From Oleiagrimonas sp. (GTDB lineage: Bacteria > Pseudomonadota > Gammaproteobacteria > Xanthomonadales > Rhodanobacteraceae), in assembly GCF_027858935.1 (NCBI RefSeq), contig NZ_JAQIBU010000178.1, positions 1 to 45,581 on the forward strand: a stretch of 45,581 bases of DNA, given 5' to 3'. Below the pieces are notes generated by a model. It saw only the letters and a program-made list of their open reading frames with translations, searched no databases and had not been told where the DNA came from. Below, in pieces: positions 22,822 to 34,214 of this stretch. The first letter of the stretch is position 1; every line of letters starts with the position of its first letter. The translations under genes and the position numbers were made by a program.

Positions 22822-24678
22822 TCAACCGGTTCCTGCGGGCTCTTCGAGCAACTGCGCCAGGCCACTGAAGCGTCGCGTGCTGCGAACAATGGTGCGCTCA
22901 AGGACGTCCAGACCGGCGACAACCGTGACATGGCGACGCGCCCGGGTGATGCCGGTGTAAAGCAGCTCACGACCCAGCACGCGAGCATCGGCCGAAGGCA
23001 GAACCAGGGTCACCTGGTCGAACTCCGATCCCTGGCTCTTGTGGATCGTCATCGCATAGGCACTCTCGTGCTCGGGAAGCGTCGCGAGCGCGAGCCTGCG
23101 CACCTCGCCGTCGATGGCGGGGAACCATGCGCACAAGCTGCCGGTAGCGTCCGGCAGGACGATACCGATATCTCCATTGAACAGATCCATGGCGTAGTCA
23201 TTGCGGGTGACCAGCAAAAGGCGCCCCGGGTAGTCGGCCTGCTCGGGAGCAATGCCCAGGCGTTGGCGCAATGCATGCTCGAACACCTCGTTCAGCGAGC
23301 GGCTGCCTGCAGGCCCTTCACGCAAGGCGGTGAGCATGCGTTGGGTCCCTGATTTTTCCAGCGCCTGGCGCGGATCGACGCATTTCGCCAGTGCGGCAAA
23401 AGCTTCCAGGTGCCGCGCAAGCAGCACTTCGGCCAGTCGGCTCGAAGGCTCCTCGACCAAGTCAACCCCCTCGAACGATCCGTCTCGCAAGCCCTCGCAG
23501 ACCGCCGTTGCATCACCTTCCCGCACGCGCGCAGCCATTCGCCCCAGTCCGCTGTCGGCACCGAAGCGATGCGAATGGCGCAAGCCGACCACGGCATCGG
23601 CAAATGGCGAGGCGTCAGGTCGACCCGCGACATCCACCCCGGTGACCTGCCCAACCAGCCTGGCGCGCCCAGGCGACATCACGCCGTCGCCAGCCGCCGC
23701 GCAGATCGCCGAAAGCACGTTGCCGGCCTCCACTGAAGCCAGTTGGTCGCGATCCCCAAGCAAGACCAGACGGGCACCCGGCGACAGCGCTTCGAGCAGG
23801 CGCGCCATCAACGGCAGATCAACCATCGAGACTTCGTCGACCACCACCAGATCGGCATCCAGCGGATGCGCGGCATCATGCCGGAACCTGGCGCTGCCCG
23901 GGCGAACGCCCAGCAGCCGATGCAGGGTGGATGCCTCGCGAGGGATCGCTGCACGCACTGCATCCGGGACCGGCAATGCCTTGACGCGCTCGCGCAATGA
24001 CTCGCCCAGGCGGGCTGCGGCCTTGCCGGTCGGCGCAGCCAGCCGAATGCGGGGCAGCCGCTGGCCCTGCTCGATGGCGCCCATGATCCAGGCCGCCAAC
24101 AGCCACAGCACGGTGGTGGTCTTGCCGGTTCCGGGACCGCCGGTGATCACGCTGAGTGGCGACACCAGTCCGGTCAATGCCGCCACGGCCTGCCAGCCAT
24201 CCGCGACCCCCTGCAGGTCGAAGAAGGGCTCAAGCAGCGATCGCAGACGCTGCGCATCCGCGGCTTCGGTCGTGCGGGTGGCCAGTGCGCGCAATACCCG
24301 GGCCACCCCGCGTTCATGATGGTAATAGCGTCCCAGCCAGACACGATCCAGGTCGTGCAGCAATGGCTGGTTTGCATCCGCGCCCGCTGGCGCGGCCCAT
24401 GCACTGGAGCCCAGCGCGGTCCTCAACGCAGGCAGATCCGGCAACACCGGCAGGCCCATGCCCTGGGGCGCCGCCTCGGCCAGCACGTCGCCCAGGGATG
24501 CAAGCGGCAGGCAACTGTGCCCCTGGGCCACCGCCAGGGAAGCGGTGGCCGCAAGCAATCCGAGCGCAGGGTCCGCGACCGGATCAAGCTCCAGCAGGCA
24601 GCGCCCGAGTTCCACGTCGATCGGCTGCAGCACGCGAAGGTCCGCAAGACGCTGCAACAGGTCGTATCTGCCGTTCAT
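22822..24678 (-). CDS. recD: exodeoxyribonuclease V alpha subunit
   Basis: GGPGTGKTT, AAPTGKAAARL, VVDEVSMVD, LGDRDQLASV, AMTIHKSQGSEF, ELLYTGITRAR. Confidence 0.96.
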   Translation of the reverse strand: MNGRYDLLQRLADLRVLQPIDVELGRCLLELDPVADPALGLLAATASLAVAQGHSCLPLASLGDVLAEAAPQGMGLPVLPDLPALRTALGSSAWAAPAGADANQPLLHDLDRVWLGRYYHHERGVARVLRALATRTTEAADAQRLRSLLEPFFDLQGVADGWQAVAALTGLVSPLSVITGGPGTGKTTTVLWLLAAWIMGAIEQGQRLPRIRLAAPTGKAAARLGESLRERVKALPVPDAVRAAIPREASTLHRLLGVRPGSARFRHDAAHPLDADLVVVDEVSMVDLPLMARLLEALSPGARLVLLGDRDQLASVEAGNVLSAICAAAGDGVMSPGRARLVGQVTGVDVAGRPDASPFADAVVGLRHSHRFGADSGLGRMAARVREGDATAVCEGLRDGSFEGVDLVEEPSSRLAEVLLARHLEAFAALAKCVDPRQALEKSGTQRMLTALREGPAGSRSLNEVFEHALRQRLGIAPEQADYPGRLLLVTRNDYAMDLFNGDIGIVLPDATGSLCAWFPAIDGEVRRLALATLPEHESAYAMTIHKSQGSEFDQVTLVLPSADARVLGRELLYTGITRARRHVTVVAGLDVLERTIVRSTRRFSGLAQLLEEPAGTG

Positions 24679-27600
24679 GTGCCGGCCCTCCCCGGCGCGC
24701 GCAACAGTTCATCCATGCCCAGCACCAGTTCGGCCGGAGGACGGTCGGCGAATATGCCGTTGTCGGCTGCCCCCATTCCCATACCGCGCAGGTACAGATA
24801 GCGGATCCCGCCGAAGTCGCGAGCATAGTCGTAGTCCGCGCCCAATACCTGGCCGAGCCAGCGGTGCAGGGCCACGGTGTAAATCAGGTATTGCAGGTCG
24901 TAATCACTGGCTCGAACCGCATCCTGCAAGCGCGCGGGTGCGTAGTCGTCGGTGGTGTCGCCCAGGTGATTGGTCTTGTAGTCCACCACCCACCACTGCC
25001 CCTCGTGGACCAGGACCAGATCGATGATGCCGGTCATCAGTCCGGCCAGCCTGCGCCCGACATGGGCAAAGTCAAGACGCTGCGTCTGGTATCCATGCGC
25101 GTGCATCAGGTCCAGCAGCGCGCGCGGATCGGTACCGTCCATGCCGAAGTGGAACTCCATCTCCTCGCGACGCTGTTCACGCGGCAACCTGGCCAGGGTC
25201 AGGTCGTCCAGAAACGGTGTGCACAGGGTTCGCCGCAGCAGGCCCTCGACCGGGGCACGGGCCGCGGAGGATACGAATCCCTGCGCGGCCAGCGCGCGCT
25301 CCACGATCACGCGCTGGGACTCGGGCAGCACCGCGTCCGGGTCCGACCACGCCGCGAAATCGATGCGTTCGAGCATGTCATGCACAGCACTGCCGAAACG
25401 GCTGCCATGCAGTCCGGCGCCGAGCGCGGGCACCTTCTGGGCCGGCCCGGTTGCGGCCTCCTTGTCGTCCCGGGTCGCCAGCTCCGGAAATGCCCCATGA
25501 CCACCTTCGGCCAGGCGCGTGAAGCTGTGGCTGCGCCAGTCGCGATCCATGGAACGCGTGAAAACGCGCGCCTGCAGAGTTTCCCCGACGTTTGCTCGCA
25601 GCGTGTCGAGGACAGCAGGTTCGGGCAACGCCTGCGCGAGGACATGCCCGGCGGAAGCACCGAACAACGCGTCCACGCCCTCAGGCAATACCCAGTCCAG
25701 TACATGTCCCTTGAACTTCGGCGCCGCAGTGCCCGCACTGAACCAGCACGCATGCCGGGCGCGGGTCACGCCGACATACAGCTTGCGCACGCCCTCGGCC
25801 AGGTCCTCCCGCTGCGCGGCAGCCAGGGCAGCATCGTCGTCCGGATCGCGCTCATCCGAACCGGACGCAATGAAACGTTTCACCAGGTCGTCGCCGTCGT
25901 GGTACGAGGCAAACGCGCCCTTGCTCGGTGGCGTAGCCTGCATCAGCGCCGTAAACGGCAGGAACACCAGGTCGAACTCCAGTCCCTTGCTGGCGTGCAC
26001 GGTCATGATCTGCACGCGCGCGGCATCGCTATCCAGGCGTAGTTGCTCTTCCTCGTTGTGATCATCGGCCCGCTCGATGCGGCGCGCCAGCCAGTCGCGC
26101 TGAGCGTGGACACTGGACAGGTGCCGCGCTTCGGCCTGCAAGGCGTCGCCAATCTGCATCAGATTACTCAGGACGCGCTCCCCGCCGGGCTCGGACAGCA
26201 GCCGGCGCGCGTGGCGCTCGCCCAGGCGTTCAAGCATCGCCAGCACGCCGCGTTGCAGCCAGCGTGCGCGAAGGTCGTCCAACTCCGCGCGCCAGTCGGC
26301 GTCGGTATCGAGCATGGCCGCGAGGTCGCCCAGCCGACGACCCAGCAGGCGCGTGCTCAGCGCGGCACGCGCCAGACCTGCGTGTCTGGGCGCCAGCATT
26401 GCATCAAGGATGCGGCGCAGTTCGGTCGCCTCTTCCGAGGCATACACGCTCTCGCGCCGCTGGCACACGGCGGGTACGCCGGCATCGGCCAGTGCATCCT
26501 GCACGCGCATGGCCTGACGATTGGAATCGACCAGCACAGCGATACTTCCGGGGCGGAGCGACCCCCCATCGAGCGAGGCCGCATCGGGCGCCAACAGACG
26601 TGCCACGGCACCGGCGCAGGACGCAGCAAGAAGAGTTTCCAGCCCCGGCTTGCCCCCGCCCACTGGCGCGTCGGGCAATCGCCATACGGTCATCGGCGCG
26701 ACGCGGCCGGTCGCCACCTGCAATGCAGCGTCGGCCACATGGCCACCGGGCTGCACCTGCTCGAATGCAATGCCGTCCTCGACGAACACCTCACCGCGCT
26801 GGGTGAACAATGCTTCACACGCGGCAAGCAACCCCGGCGCGGAGCGGTAGTTGTGATCCAGCGACCAGTGATGATCGGCCAGGCGCTTGGCACGCAGGTA
26901 GGCATGCACATCACCGCCACGGAACCCGTAGATGGCCTGCTTGGGATCGCCAATGCAGAACAGCGTGCCCTCGCGCTCATACAGGTGCCTGAAGATCTCG
27001 AACTGACGCACGTCAGTATCCTGGAACTCGTCCACCAGGGCCACCGGATACTGCGTGCGCAGGGCCTTGCGCAACCGCGCGCCGTGGGTACCGTCATTCA
27101 GGCCACGATGCACCCAGTCCACCTGATCGGCATAGGACATGCGCACCAGGTCGCGCTTGCGCATGGCCAACCAGCCACGCGCCTCGTCGACCAGACGGTG
27201 AAGCACGCGGGGCAACCGCGAACGTATGTACATCTGCCAGGCCCGATCGGTCTGCAACCAGGCATCAATGGCCGTGAAAGCCGCGTGACCGCGGAACGGC
27301 GGTTGGTTGCTCTTCACCGACCCCTTGAGCTTTTTGCCTGCAAACTTCTGCAACTGGGCCATCGACGGCCAGCCGCCGCCCAGCAACCGGGCTCGCAGCG
27401 CCTGCAGCTGTTCGAGGCTCGACTCCTTGTAGCTGCCCTTGTTCAAATGCCCTGCATGAAAGGCGTCCCCGAAAACCGACACGGCTGCGTCACCGCCCTC
27501 GACCCAGGCCTGCACCAGCGCAGCGCGCGCAGTATCCGGGTGCTCCGGCGCGACCTCATCCCCTTCCGCGGCCGGTTCGATGCGACCAGCGAAATCGACC

Positions 27601-28238
27601 AGGCCCTTGAGCGTGTCGGCCAATGCCTGGGGCGTCGTGCCGAACGCCTGCAAGGCGCATCGCTCGGCCTCATCCACACTGCCTCCCAGACGCAGCCAGG
27701 CGTCGGCGGCAAAGACCTCCAGCAGATCCCGGTCGGACGGTTCCAGTGCGAGCATGCCGCTGACCCCATCGATCAGGCTGGTGTACTCGCCCAGCACGCG
27801 TTGGCAGAATCCGTGGATGGTGAAAATGGCGGCCTCGTCCATGCGCGTGACCGCCTGTTCCAGCCGCCGCGCCAGTTGCGCGGCTGTTTCATCGCCTTTT
27901 TCAAGCACGCCGCGCAGCAGGGACAGTGCCCATAGCTGCTCGCCGGAAGCGTCGGCAGGTGGTGCGCCCTGATGCAGCCAGGGCTGCGCCGCAACCTGCG
28001 CGCACACGGCCAGCCGCTGGCGCAGGCGCTGGCGCAATTCCTCGGTCGCCGCCTTGGTGAACGTCATCACCAGAATCTGCCGCACCTCCAGCTGATGTTC
28101 GGCCACCAGCCGCACATACAGGCCGGATATGGTGTAGGTCTTGCCGGTCCCGGCGCTGGCCTCGATCTGCTGCACACCAGACAGCGGGACGCGCAGGGCC
28201 ATGTCGGTCCTGGCAAGGGAGTAGCGGGGTTCGTTCAT
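24675..28238 (-). CDS. recB: exodeoxyribonuclease V beta subunit
   Basis: EASAGTGKTY, LVDEFQDTD, IGDPKQAIYGFRG, TVHASKGLEF, nuclease motif GIIDL...VVDYKTN. Confidence 0.96.
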   Translation of the reverse strand: MNEPRYSLARTDMALRVPLSGVQQIEASAGTGKTYTISGLYVRLVAEHQLEVRQILVMTFTKAATEELRQRLRQRLAVCAQVAAQPWLHQGAPPADASGEQLWALSLLRGVLEKGDETAAQLARRLEQAVTRMDEAAIFTIHGFCQRVLGEYTSLIDGVSGMLALEPSDRDLLEVFAADAWLRLGGSVDEAERCALQAFGTTPQALADTLKGLVDFAGRIEPAAEGDEVAPEHPDTARAALVQAWVEGGDAAVSVFGDAFHAGHLNKGSYKESSLEQLQALRARLLGGGWPSMAQLQKFAGKKLKGSVKSNQPPFRGHAAFTAIDAWLQTDRAWQMYIRSRLPRVLHRLVDEARGWLAMRKRDLVRMSYADQVDWVHRGLNDGTHGARLRKALRTQYPVALVDEFQDTDVRQFEIFRHLYEREGTLFCIGDPKQAIYGFRGGDVHAYLRAKRLADHHWSLDHNYRSAPGLLAACEALFTQRGEVFVEDGIAFEQVQPGGHVADAALQVATGRVAPMTVWRLPDAPVGGGKPGLETLLAASCAGAVARLLAPDAASLDGGSLRPGSIAVLVDSNRQAMRVQDALADAGVPAVCQRRESVYASEEATELRRILDAMLAPRHAGLARAALSTRLLGRRLGDLAAMLDTDADWRAELDDLRARWLQRGVLAMLERLGERHARRLLSEPGGERVLSNLMQIGDALQAEARHLSSVHAQRDWLARRIERADDHNEEEQLRLDSDAARVQIMTVHASKGLEFDLVFLPFTALMQATPPSKGAFASYHDGDDLVKRFIASGSDERDPDDDAALAAAQREDLAEGVRKLYVGVTRARHACWFSAGTAAPKFKGHVLDWVLPEGVDALFGASAGHVLAQALPEPAVLDTLRANVGETLQARVFTRSMDRDWRSHSFTRLAEGGHGAFPELATRDDKEAATGPAQKVPALGAGLHGSRFGSAVHDMLERIDFAAWSDPDAVLPESQRVIVERALAAQGFVSSAARAPVEGLLRRTLCTPFLDDLTLARLPREQRREEMEFHFGMDGTDPRALLDLMHAHGYQTQRLDFAHVGRRLAGLMTGIIDLVLVHEGQWWVVDYKTNHLGDTTDDYAPARLQDAVRASDYDLQYLIYTVALHRWLGQVLGADYDYARDFGGIRYLYLRGMGMGAADNGIFADRPPAELVLGMDELLRAPGRAGT

Positions 28239-31200
28239 GGCGCGCCTCCATCCGCCAAGGCACGGCACAGCGGCTCGTACACACGCAAGGACAAGGCCCG
28301 GAAGCGTGCTTCAACCGGCCCGTCATCCAGCAATTCCCGCCCGCGAAAGGCGAGTGCGAACCAGGCATCGCTGGACTCGGCAAAGCCATTGTAGCCTCCG
28401 TTCCATGCGTTGCTTGCGGCCTTGCGTGCGGCGTTTTCGTCGAACGTTTCACCGACACCCATCGTGGCCCACGCAAACGCCGTTCGCGGCGGCAACGGGA
28501 GTGGCTCGCACAGGCCTTCCCGAACGGTGTCAATGAGCTCGGCCAAGTGGTTGCGTGCCTGCAACGGTGCCGGCATGGCCGGACGCCAGGGCAGGCTCCA
28601 GCGAAATTTGTCGCTATCGCGCCCCCAGGCCAGACACTCCCCGGCCGCTCCCAGAGCCACCGCGACCAGCGCGCCCAGCCACCACTGCATCCAGCCACCG
28701 GAACTGTGGGCCTTGCCGACCCATGCGCCGTAGCCGCCGTCATACAGCTCGTCCAGCGCTCCCTGCAGCACCCTGCCCGCGCCGAGATCGAGATGAAATC
28801 GCCGCGAAGGCAAAGCAGGATGCAGCTGTCGCCACGACTGCCATTGGCGCAAACCCGGGCCAAGCGCATCCATGGTCTGCTCGAATGCGGCCTGGCCCCA
28901 CGCCAGTGGCGGCAGCAGCGATTGTGCTCGCAGCATCTCCAGGGCCTGCTCCGAAGTCGACTCACCTCGTTGCACCCGCAGGGCCAGTGCGCTATCCAGC
29001 TGATGCTGTTGCAGCGGGCCCAGCACCAAAGGCTCACGCTGGTCCGCAAGCACCGCCGCGTTGGCCAGGGACAAGCCCGCCCTTCCCCGCAGAAAGGCAG
29101 CGGCCGGATTGCGCATGAATTGCCGCAACGCGGTCAACTCGAACACCTCGTCGACCGCTTCCGGTGCCGGCCAGGGCTGATCGACGAAAGCCGGCTGCAT
29201 CGACACGCGGGGCGCGGGACGCAACGCTTCCAGCCACTCGCCGCGATAAGTGAACACGTTGTCGGCGTGTCCGGCCTGGGCATCGGCCATGAACAAGCGT
29301 GACGCAAACGGCTGCATCGGATACTGCGTGACCAGCGCTGAGCGCGCGGCCTCCGGCTGGTCGAAATAGCCTTGGCAGACGTGCTCGAGCAGTTCGCTGA
29401 GCACCACCGAGGGCTCGATCGCGCTGCCCTTGCGCAGATCGATACCCGTGTAACTCAGGTACAGCTGCTCCCTGGCCGCCATCAGGGTCTGCAAGAACAG
29501 GTAGCGATCGTCCTCGCGCACCGAGCGATCGCCCACAAGCCGTTTGCCGGCCAGCATGCGGTTGAGCGTATCGGCCGGATCACGACGCGGGAACGAATCT
29601 GCGTCCAGGCCCAGCACGCAGATCACCTTGAACGGCACGTTGCGCAGCGGCACCAGGCCGCAGACGCTGACGCCGCCCGCCAGGAATCGCTGTGATGGCG
29701 AAGTGTCGCGCAACTGCTCGCGCATGAAGGCACGCACGCTTTGCCAGTCGAGGGGGCGCTCGAAACCGCCCGCGGCACTGTACTCGGCCAGCGACCGCAG
29801 CGCCCCGCGCACAACGTCCATGGCACGCTCCTCGTCGCGCCCCTCGGGCCCCGGCACCAGTTGATCCAGTGCACGATTGAGCAGGGCCTGCCAGTCCGCC
29901 GGCACGCGCTCCTTGCGCTGCGCTCGACGCAACTCCCGCAGGGTCCGCTGCAAGCCAAAAAGTGCGCCCAGCGCGGCGGTATCCCCAGCCTCCAGATCCG
30001 TCAGCGGCGCGATGCCGTGAAGCAGTTCTCCGGCGGCCGCGTCACCGCTCATGTACCCCAGCAGCAGACGCCTCCGACCGAAGCGCCAGCTGTATTCCTC
30101 GAACGCCGGCAGGCCTTGACCCACGCGGTCCTCGGCATCCTCTCCCCAGCGCACGCCGGCCTCGTGAATCCAGCTGCCGAGCTGCTCGAGCACGTCCTCG
30201 TCCAGGCCGAAGCCGCGCAGCACCGCAGGCGTGGCCATCACTTCAAGCACCTCGGTCGCGGTCAGGCGGCTGGCCGGCAGGTCAAGCAGACCCAGGAACA
30301 GGGATACCAGGGTATGGGATTCGGCCAACGGCCGGTCGGCCAGGGTCCACGGGATGCGGCGCGGATCGTCCGTGGCCAGTGCGCCGAACACCGCTTCCAC
30401 ACAGGGCGCGTAGCGTGCCATGTCCGGCACCATCACTGCGATGTCGCGTGGCTGCAGGTCCGGATCGAGCTGCAGTCGGTCCAGCAACTGATCATGCAGG
30501 ACCTGCACCTCGCGCAGCGGCGAGTGACAAACATGCACGCGCAGCGAACGATCGGCGGGATCCGGCATATCAAGCCGTTTCTCGACTTCGGGCGCGACCA
30601 GCGTGATCACGTCCGCCTGTACCCGCTGCAGCAAGGTCCCGCGCGGCGGATCGTGGTCGTCGGGCATGTCCTCGACATCCGGCTGCACCTGCTCATAGGA
30701 AAACAGCTGGGCGACGAAGTCACGACCGACTCCGCCCAGCGACACCAGCAGGCGATTGGGCTTCTCGTCGAACAGGCCGGTGAGCGCGTCCATGAAGGCG
30801 GCGCTGCCTTGGCGACGGTTCGGAAGGTCGCCCCAGTATTCACGGCATGGCGTGGGCAGGAAAAAATGCAACTCGCAGTAGCGTCCCAGAACACCCAGTA
30901 CGCGCAGCACGTCGGGCGAGACGTTGATGATGCCGAACGCATACAGACGCGTCGGCAGGCCCTTGGGAGGCACTGCCGACGCATCACCCTGGCGATCCAG
31001 AAACTGCCCCAGCAGATGACTGCGCGAGGCAGTGTCGGTGCGGGTCAGCCGGCGCCAGAGTTCGGCTTGCGGGGCATCCGGCTCCTCGCCTTTTTCCCAT
31101 TTCTTGAGCAGGTCCCGACGATAGCCCTGGTAGCGTTCGAACAACTGCGCCAGGTGCCCGGCGAGTTCGAAGCGCCGCAGGTCACGGGGCTCACTCCCGG

Positions 31201-31534
31201 ACAGCTCGGCCAGCGCGGTCGGAATATCCTCGCCGTGCAGCAGATCCAGGATCCTCCAGCGCAGCACCTCGCGGTCGAACCCCGCAAGCTCGGGCAATTC
31301 AGGGTGTTCCGCACGCAAGACCCGCCATACCAGTTGTGCCGGGGCGATGAATTCCAGATTGGCGGCAATGCCGTGACGTTCGGCCAGCCGCTGCACCAGC
31401 CAGCGCTGCAGACCCGCTTGCGGCACCAATACGGTCAGCGGCTCCAGGATGCGCTGAGGATCGTGCCGGACCAGAAGCTCAGCCAGAGTATCGGCCAGAC
31501 GGTCAAGATTGGTGTCGTAGTGCAGGTGAAACAT
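28235..31534 (-). CDS. recC: exodeoxyribonuclease V gamma subunit
   Basis: PCREYWGD, CHSPLREVQVLHD, PRDIAVMVPD, DDRYLFL motifs; overlaps recB by 4 nt. Confidence 0.95.
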   Translation of the reverse strand: MFHLHYDTNLDRLADTLAELLVRHDPQRILEPLTVLVPQAGLQRWLVQRLAERHGIAANLEFIAPAQLVWRVLRAEHPELPELAGFDREVLRWRILDLLHGEDIPTALAELSGSEPRDLRRFELAGHLAQLFERYQGYRRDLLKKWEKGEEPDAPQAELWRRLTRTDTASRSHLLGQFLDRQGDASAVPPKGLPTRLYAFGIINVSPDVLRVLGVLGRYCELHFFLPTPCREYWGDLPNRRQGSAAFMDALTGLFDEKPNRLLVSLGGVGRDFVAQLFSYEQVQPDVEDMPDDHDPPRGTLLQRVQADVITLVAPEVEKRLDMPDPADRSLRVHVCHSPLREVQVLHDQLLDRLQLDPDLQPRDIAVMVPDMARYAPCVEAVFGALATDDPRRIPWTLADRPLAESHTLVSLFLGLLDLPASRLTATEVLEVMATPAVLRGFGLDEDVLEQLGSWIHEAGVRWGEDAEDRVGQGLPAFEEYSWRFGRRRLLLGYMSGDAAAGELLHGIAPLTDLEAGDTAALGALFGLQRTLRELRRAQRKERVPADWQALLNRALDQLVPGPEGRDEERAMDVVRGALRSLAEYSAAGGFERPLDWQSVRAFMREQLRDTSPSQRFLAGGVSVCGLVPLRNVPFKVICVLGLDADSFPRRDPADTLNRMLAGKRLVGDRSVREDDRYLFLQTLMAAREQLYLSYTGIDLRKGSAIEPSVVLSELLEHVCQGYFDQPEAARSALVTQYPMQPFASRLFMADAQAGHADNVFTYRGEWLEALRPAPRVSMQPAFVDQPWPAPEAVDEVFELTALRQFMRNPAAAFLRGRAGLSLANAAVLADQREPLVLGPLQQHQLDSALALRVQRGESTSEQALEMLRAQSLLPPLAWGQAAFEQTMDALGPGLRQWQSWRQLHPALPSRRFHLDLGAGRVLQGALDELYDGGYGAWVGKAHSSGGWMQWWLGALVAVALGAAGECLAWGRDSDKFRWSLPWRPAMPAPLQARNHLAELIDTVREGLCEPLPLPPRTAFAWATMGVGETFDENAARKAASNAWNGGYNGFAESSDAWFALAFRGRELLDDGPVEARFRALSLRVYEPLCRALADGGAP

Positions 31535-32098
31535 GCCACCCCCGATTTCAGTCGCCCCAGTCTAGGGGGTGTCCGCTCCCGCGAGTAGGTCGCGCATGGA
31601 TTGACGCGCCTTGCACACGGAGACGACGGAACATCGGGATCGTTTTGACACGACGCAGTCTCATGCATCGCGACGAGGCCTTTTCCATGGAAGCCCCATG
31701 CCATCACCCCGGTCCTTTATGTTGCGGGATGGCGCTTGTGGTGGTCCGCGCGTGAATCGCCATGGTGGCGCTGCGGAACAGTCATGGCAGGACGCATGCC
31801 CGCGTACCGCATCCGGAGCCGCATGTCGGATTTCACCCCGCAGCGACGCCCAAGCAGCGCCCGGACGAACGAATGGATCTCTGCAACCAGATGGCGCACA
31901 AGATGACCGCCCATCGTGCGCGCAGCAGGGCGTGCTTGCGGGCTTCACCGATGCAAGCCGTATCTTTGCGAAGGCCTTGGCCCCAGTCGTACGGGCAGTT
32001 CTGCTGCCCGATATCGCTTCTGGTCGGGCCGATGCGAAATCCTGGGCGATCACCCGAGTGCTGGATCCCGCTGGACCCAAAAGGCGGCAACACGAGCC

Positions 32099-33100
32099 TC
32101 ACACAGCTATCGACGCATCCGAGGTGTGTTCCATGAGCGCGCTCCACTGGGGCGGCTCGGGCCACTCCGGGGCAAGGTCCCCGGCCAATGCGGCCTGCAG
32201 GTCACGGCGGTCCAGATGTGGCGCCAGCAATTCGGCAAAGCCGAGGGTGTAATCCCGCAGGACGCGGTCACGACGCAATATCAGCCAGGTGGTGCAAGAC
32301 GGCAGCAAGTTTCCGACATCCAGGACCTTGAGATCTCGCGAGTCCTCCGGCTGCACCGCCATTTCAGCCAGGATGCCCAAGCCCAAACCGGCGCGCACAT
32401 AGGTCTTGATCAAGTCGGCATCGCCCGAGGTGCAGGCAAAACGAGGCTGCAACCCGGCCTCCATGAAAGCCTGACGCAAGGACGATTCGGGACGCAGGGA
32501 GGAGTCGTAACTGACCAGCGGCTGCCCGGCCAGATCGCCCAGGCGCAAGGAACGCCCCAGGGAGGCAAGGGCGTGATTGCGCGGAACGACCACGGCCCGG
32601 CGCCATTTGTACAAGGGCACAGCCAGTCCGCCCACCGGGGCAGCGCCACTGCTGCTGATGATGGCGAGATCAGCTTGACCGCCAGCAAACAGGTTCATGA
32701 TCTGCGCGTCCCCATGCGGACGCAGGTGGAAGCCGACCATCGGGTGGCGATGCTTGAAGGCACCGGCAACATGCGGCAGTACAAAACGTGCCTGGGTATG
32801 CGTGGTCAGGATGGTCAGCTCGCCGTGCTGGTCATCGCGCAGGTTTGCGGCAAGAGCGCGGATGCTGCCGGCCTCTTCCAGGATCATGCGCGCGCGGGAA
32901 ATGACCTGCTGTCCGGCAGGGGTCACGGTCTTCAGGCTTTTGCCCTTGCGCGAGAAAAGCTGGAAGCCAAGTTCGCTCTCCAGCTGCTTGAGTTGCTTGC
33001 TCACGCCGGGCTGCGTGGCATGGATGCGTTCGGCCGCCAAGGTGATATTGAGACCTGAATCGGCGATCGAGACAATATAGCGGAGCTGGGTCAGTGTCAT
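32099..33100 (-). CDS. cysB: LysR-family regulator CysB
   Basis: MTLTQLRY...LNITLAAE..HATQPGVSKQL, TTHTQARFVLP, DADLIKTYVRAGLGLGI; divergent from sulfur genes. Confidence 0.88.
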   Translation of the reverse strand: MTLTQLRYIVSIADSGLNITLAAERIHATQPGVSKQLKQLESELGFQLFSRKGKSLKTVTPAGQQVISRARMILEEAGSIRALAANLRDDQHGELTILTTHTQARFVLPHVAGAFKHRHPMVGFHLRPHGDAQIMNLFAGGQADLAIISSSGAAPVGGLAVPLYKWRRAVVVPRNHALASLGRSLRLGDLAGQPLVSYDSSLRPESSLRQAFMEAGLQPRFACTSGDADLIKTYVRAGLGLGILAEMAVQPEDSRDLKVLDVGNLLPSCTTWLILRRDRVLRDYTLGFAELLAPHLDRRDLQAALAGDLAPEWPEPPQWSALMEHTSDASIAV

Positions 33101-33313
33101 TGGATGCGTTCCGTGGGGGCCACCGGCGTGTAGAGGTATCCAGGACGTTTTATGCCCTGAGCACATATGCATACGGATGGTTTTGACAATCAGATGTTCC
33201 CTCATGCTGATTTCGCCCGGATGACGATCTGGCCCAGCACCACTAGCGCAACCACAGGTGCTGGACCGAACGTATGGACGTCTATCGCATCGAACATACA
33301 CCCAAAGTCTTTT

Positions 33314-33330
33314 TATGCATATATGGCATA
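33314..33330. promoter_or_regulatory. candidate LysR (CysB) binding site
   Basis: TATGC-N7-GCATA dyad containing T-N11-A, in the AT-rich divergent intergenic region. Confidence 0.4.
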
Positions 33331-33501
33331 TGGTGACATCGAGGTTTCATTTCACCTGTCCATGCACACGGACTAGGCTTGAGAGTCACTGCTCTGCCGT
33401 GTCCATGCCGATGAACACCGCAACAGCCACGCCACCCCGGACACCACACCGGACAGTGGTGATCGTGGATATCCTGCCCACCGTTCGCATGAGGATTCAA
33501 C

Positions 33502-34137
33502 ATGACCCTGCAACTTGGCGAAACAGCCCCGGACTTCACTCTCGACTCCACCGAAGGCCCCATCCACTTTCATGAATGGAGCGGCGACCAGTGGGTCATC
33601 TTCTTCTCGCATCCCAAGGATTTCACCCCGGTATGCACCACCGAACTCGGTGCTTTCGCAAAGCGCAAGGACGAATTCAAAGCCCGCAATACGCGCTTGA
33701 TCGGGCTGTCGGTCGACAGCGTCGATGACCATGAAAAATGGTCGAAGGATGTTGCCGATGTCGGTGGATCAGCCCTGAACTACCCCCTGCTCGCCGACCC
33801 CGAACTCAAGGTCGCCAAACTTTACGGCATGTTCCACCCCAAGGCCGACCCGAAGGTCACCGTGCGTTCGGTATTCATCATCGACCCGGCCAAGAAGGTG
33901 CGTCTGACCATGACCTATCCACCGAGCGCGGGTCGCAACGTGGACGAGGTGCTGCGGGTGCTCGACTCGCTGCAGCTGACGGAGGGCAAGCAGTTGACCA
34001 CCCCGGTGGACTGGAAGCCCGGTGAGGACGTGATCATCGCGCCCTCGGTCAGCGACGAGCAGGCCAAGGTACGTTTCCCCGGGGGATGGCGCACGCTCAA
34101 GCCGTACCTGCGCTTCGTGCCCAGCCCGAAAGACTGA
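33502..34137 (+). CDS. 1-Cys peroxiredoxin (Prx6/LsfA-like)
   Basis: FFSHPKDFTPVCTTELG active site; TVRSVFIIDP; GRNVDEVLRVLDSLQL. Confidence 0.94.
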   Translation: MTLQLGETAPDFTLDSTEGPIHFHEWSGDQWVIFFSHPKDFTPVCTTELGAFAKRKDEFKARNTRLIGLSVDSVDDHEKWSKDVADVGGSALNYPLLADPELKVAKLYGMFHPKADPKVTVRSVFIIDPAKKVRLTMTYPPSAGRNVDEVLRVLDSLQLTEGKQLTTPVDWKPGEDVIIAPSVSDEQAKVRFPGGWRTLKPYLRFVPSPKD

Positions 34138-34214
34138 CGGACGCGCCCTGCAACCGCATGGCCGGCAGGCGTACCTGCCGGCCCCATTCCTGTTGACCCT
34201 TTACAGCCCCGATC

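Noticed and set aside
31560-32098. Hidden gene or ncRNA between recC and cysB
   Set aside because: The ORFs lack convincing SD sequences or motifs; only a short hairpin (31992-32010) is visible.
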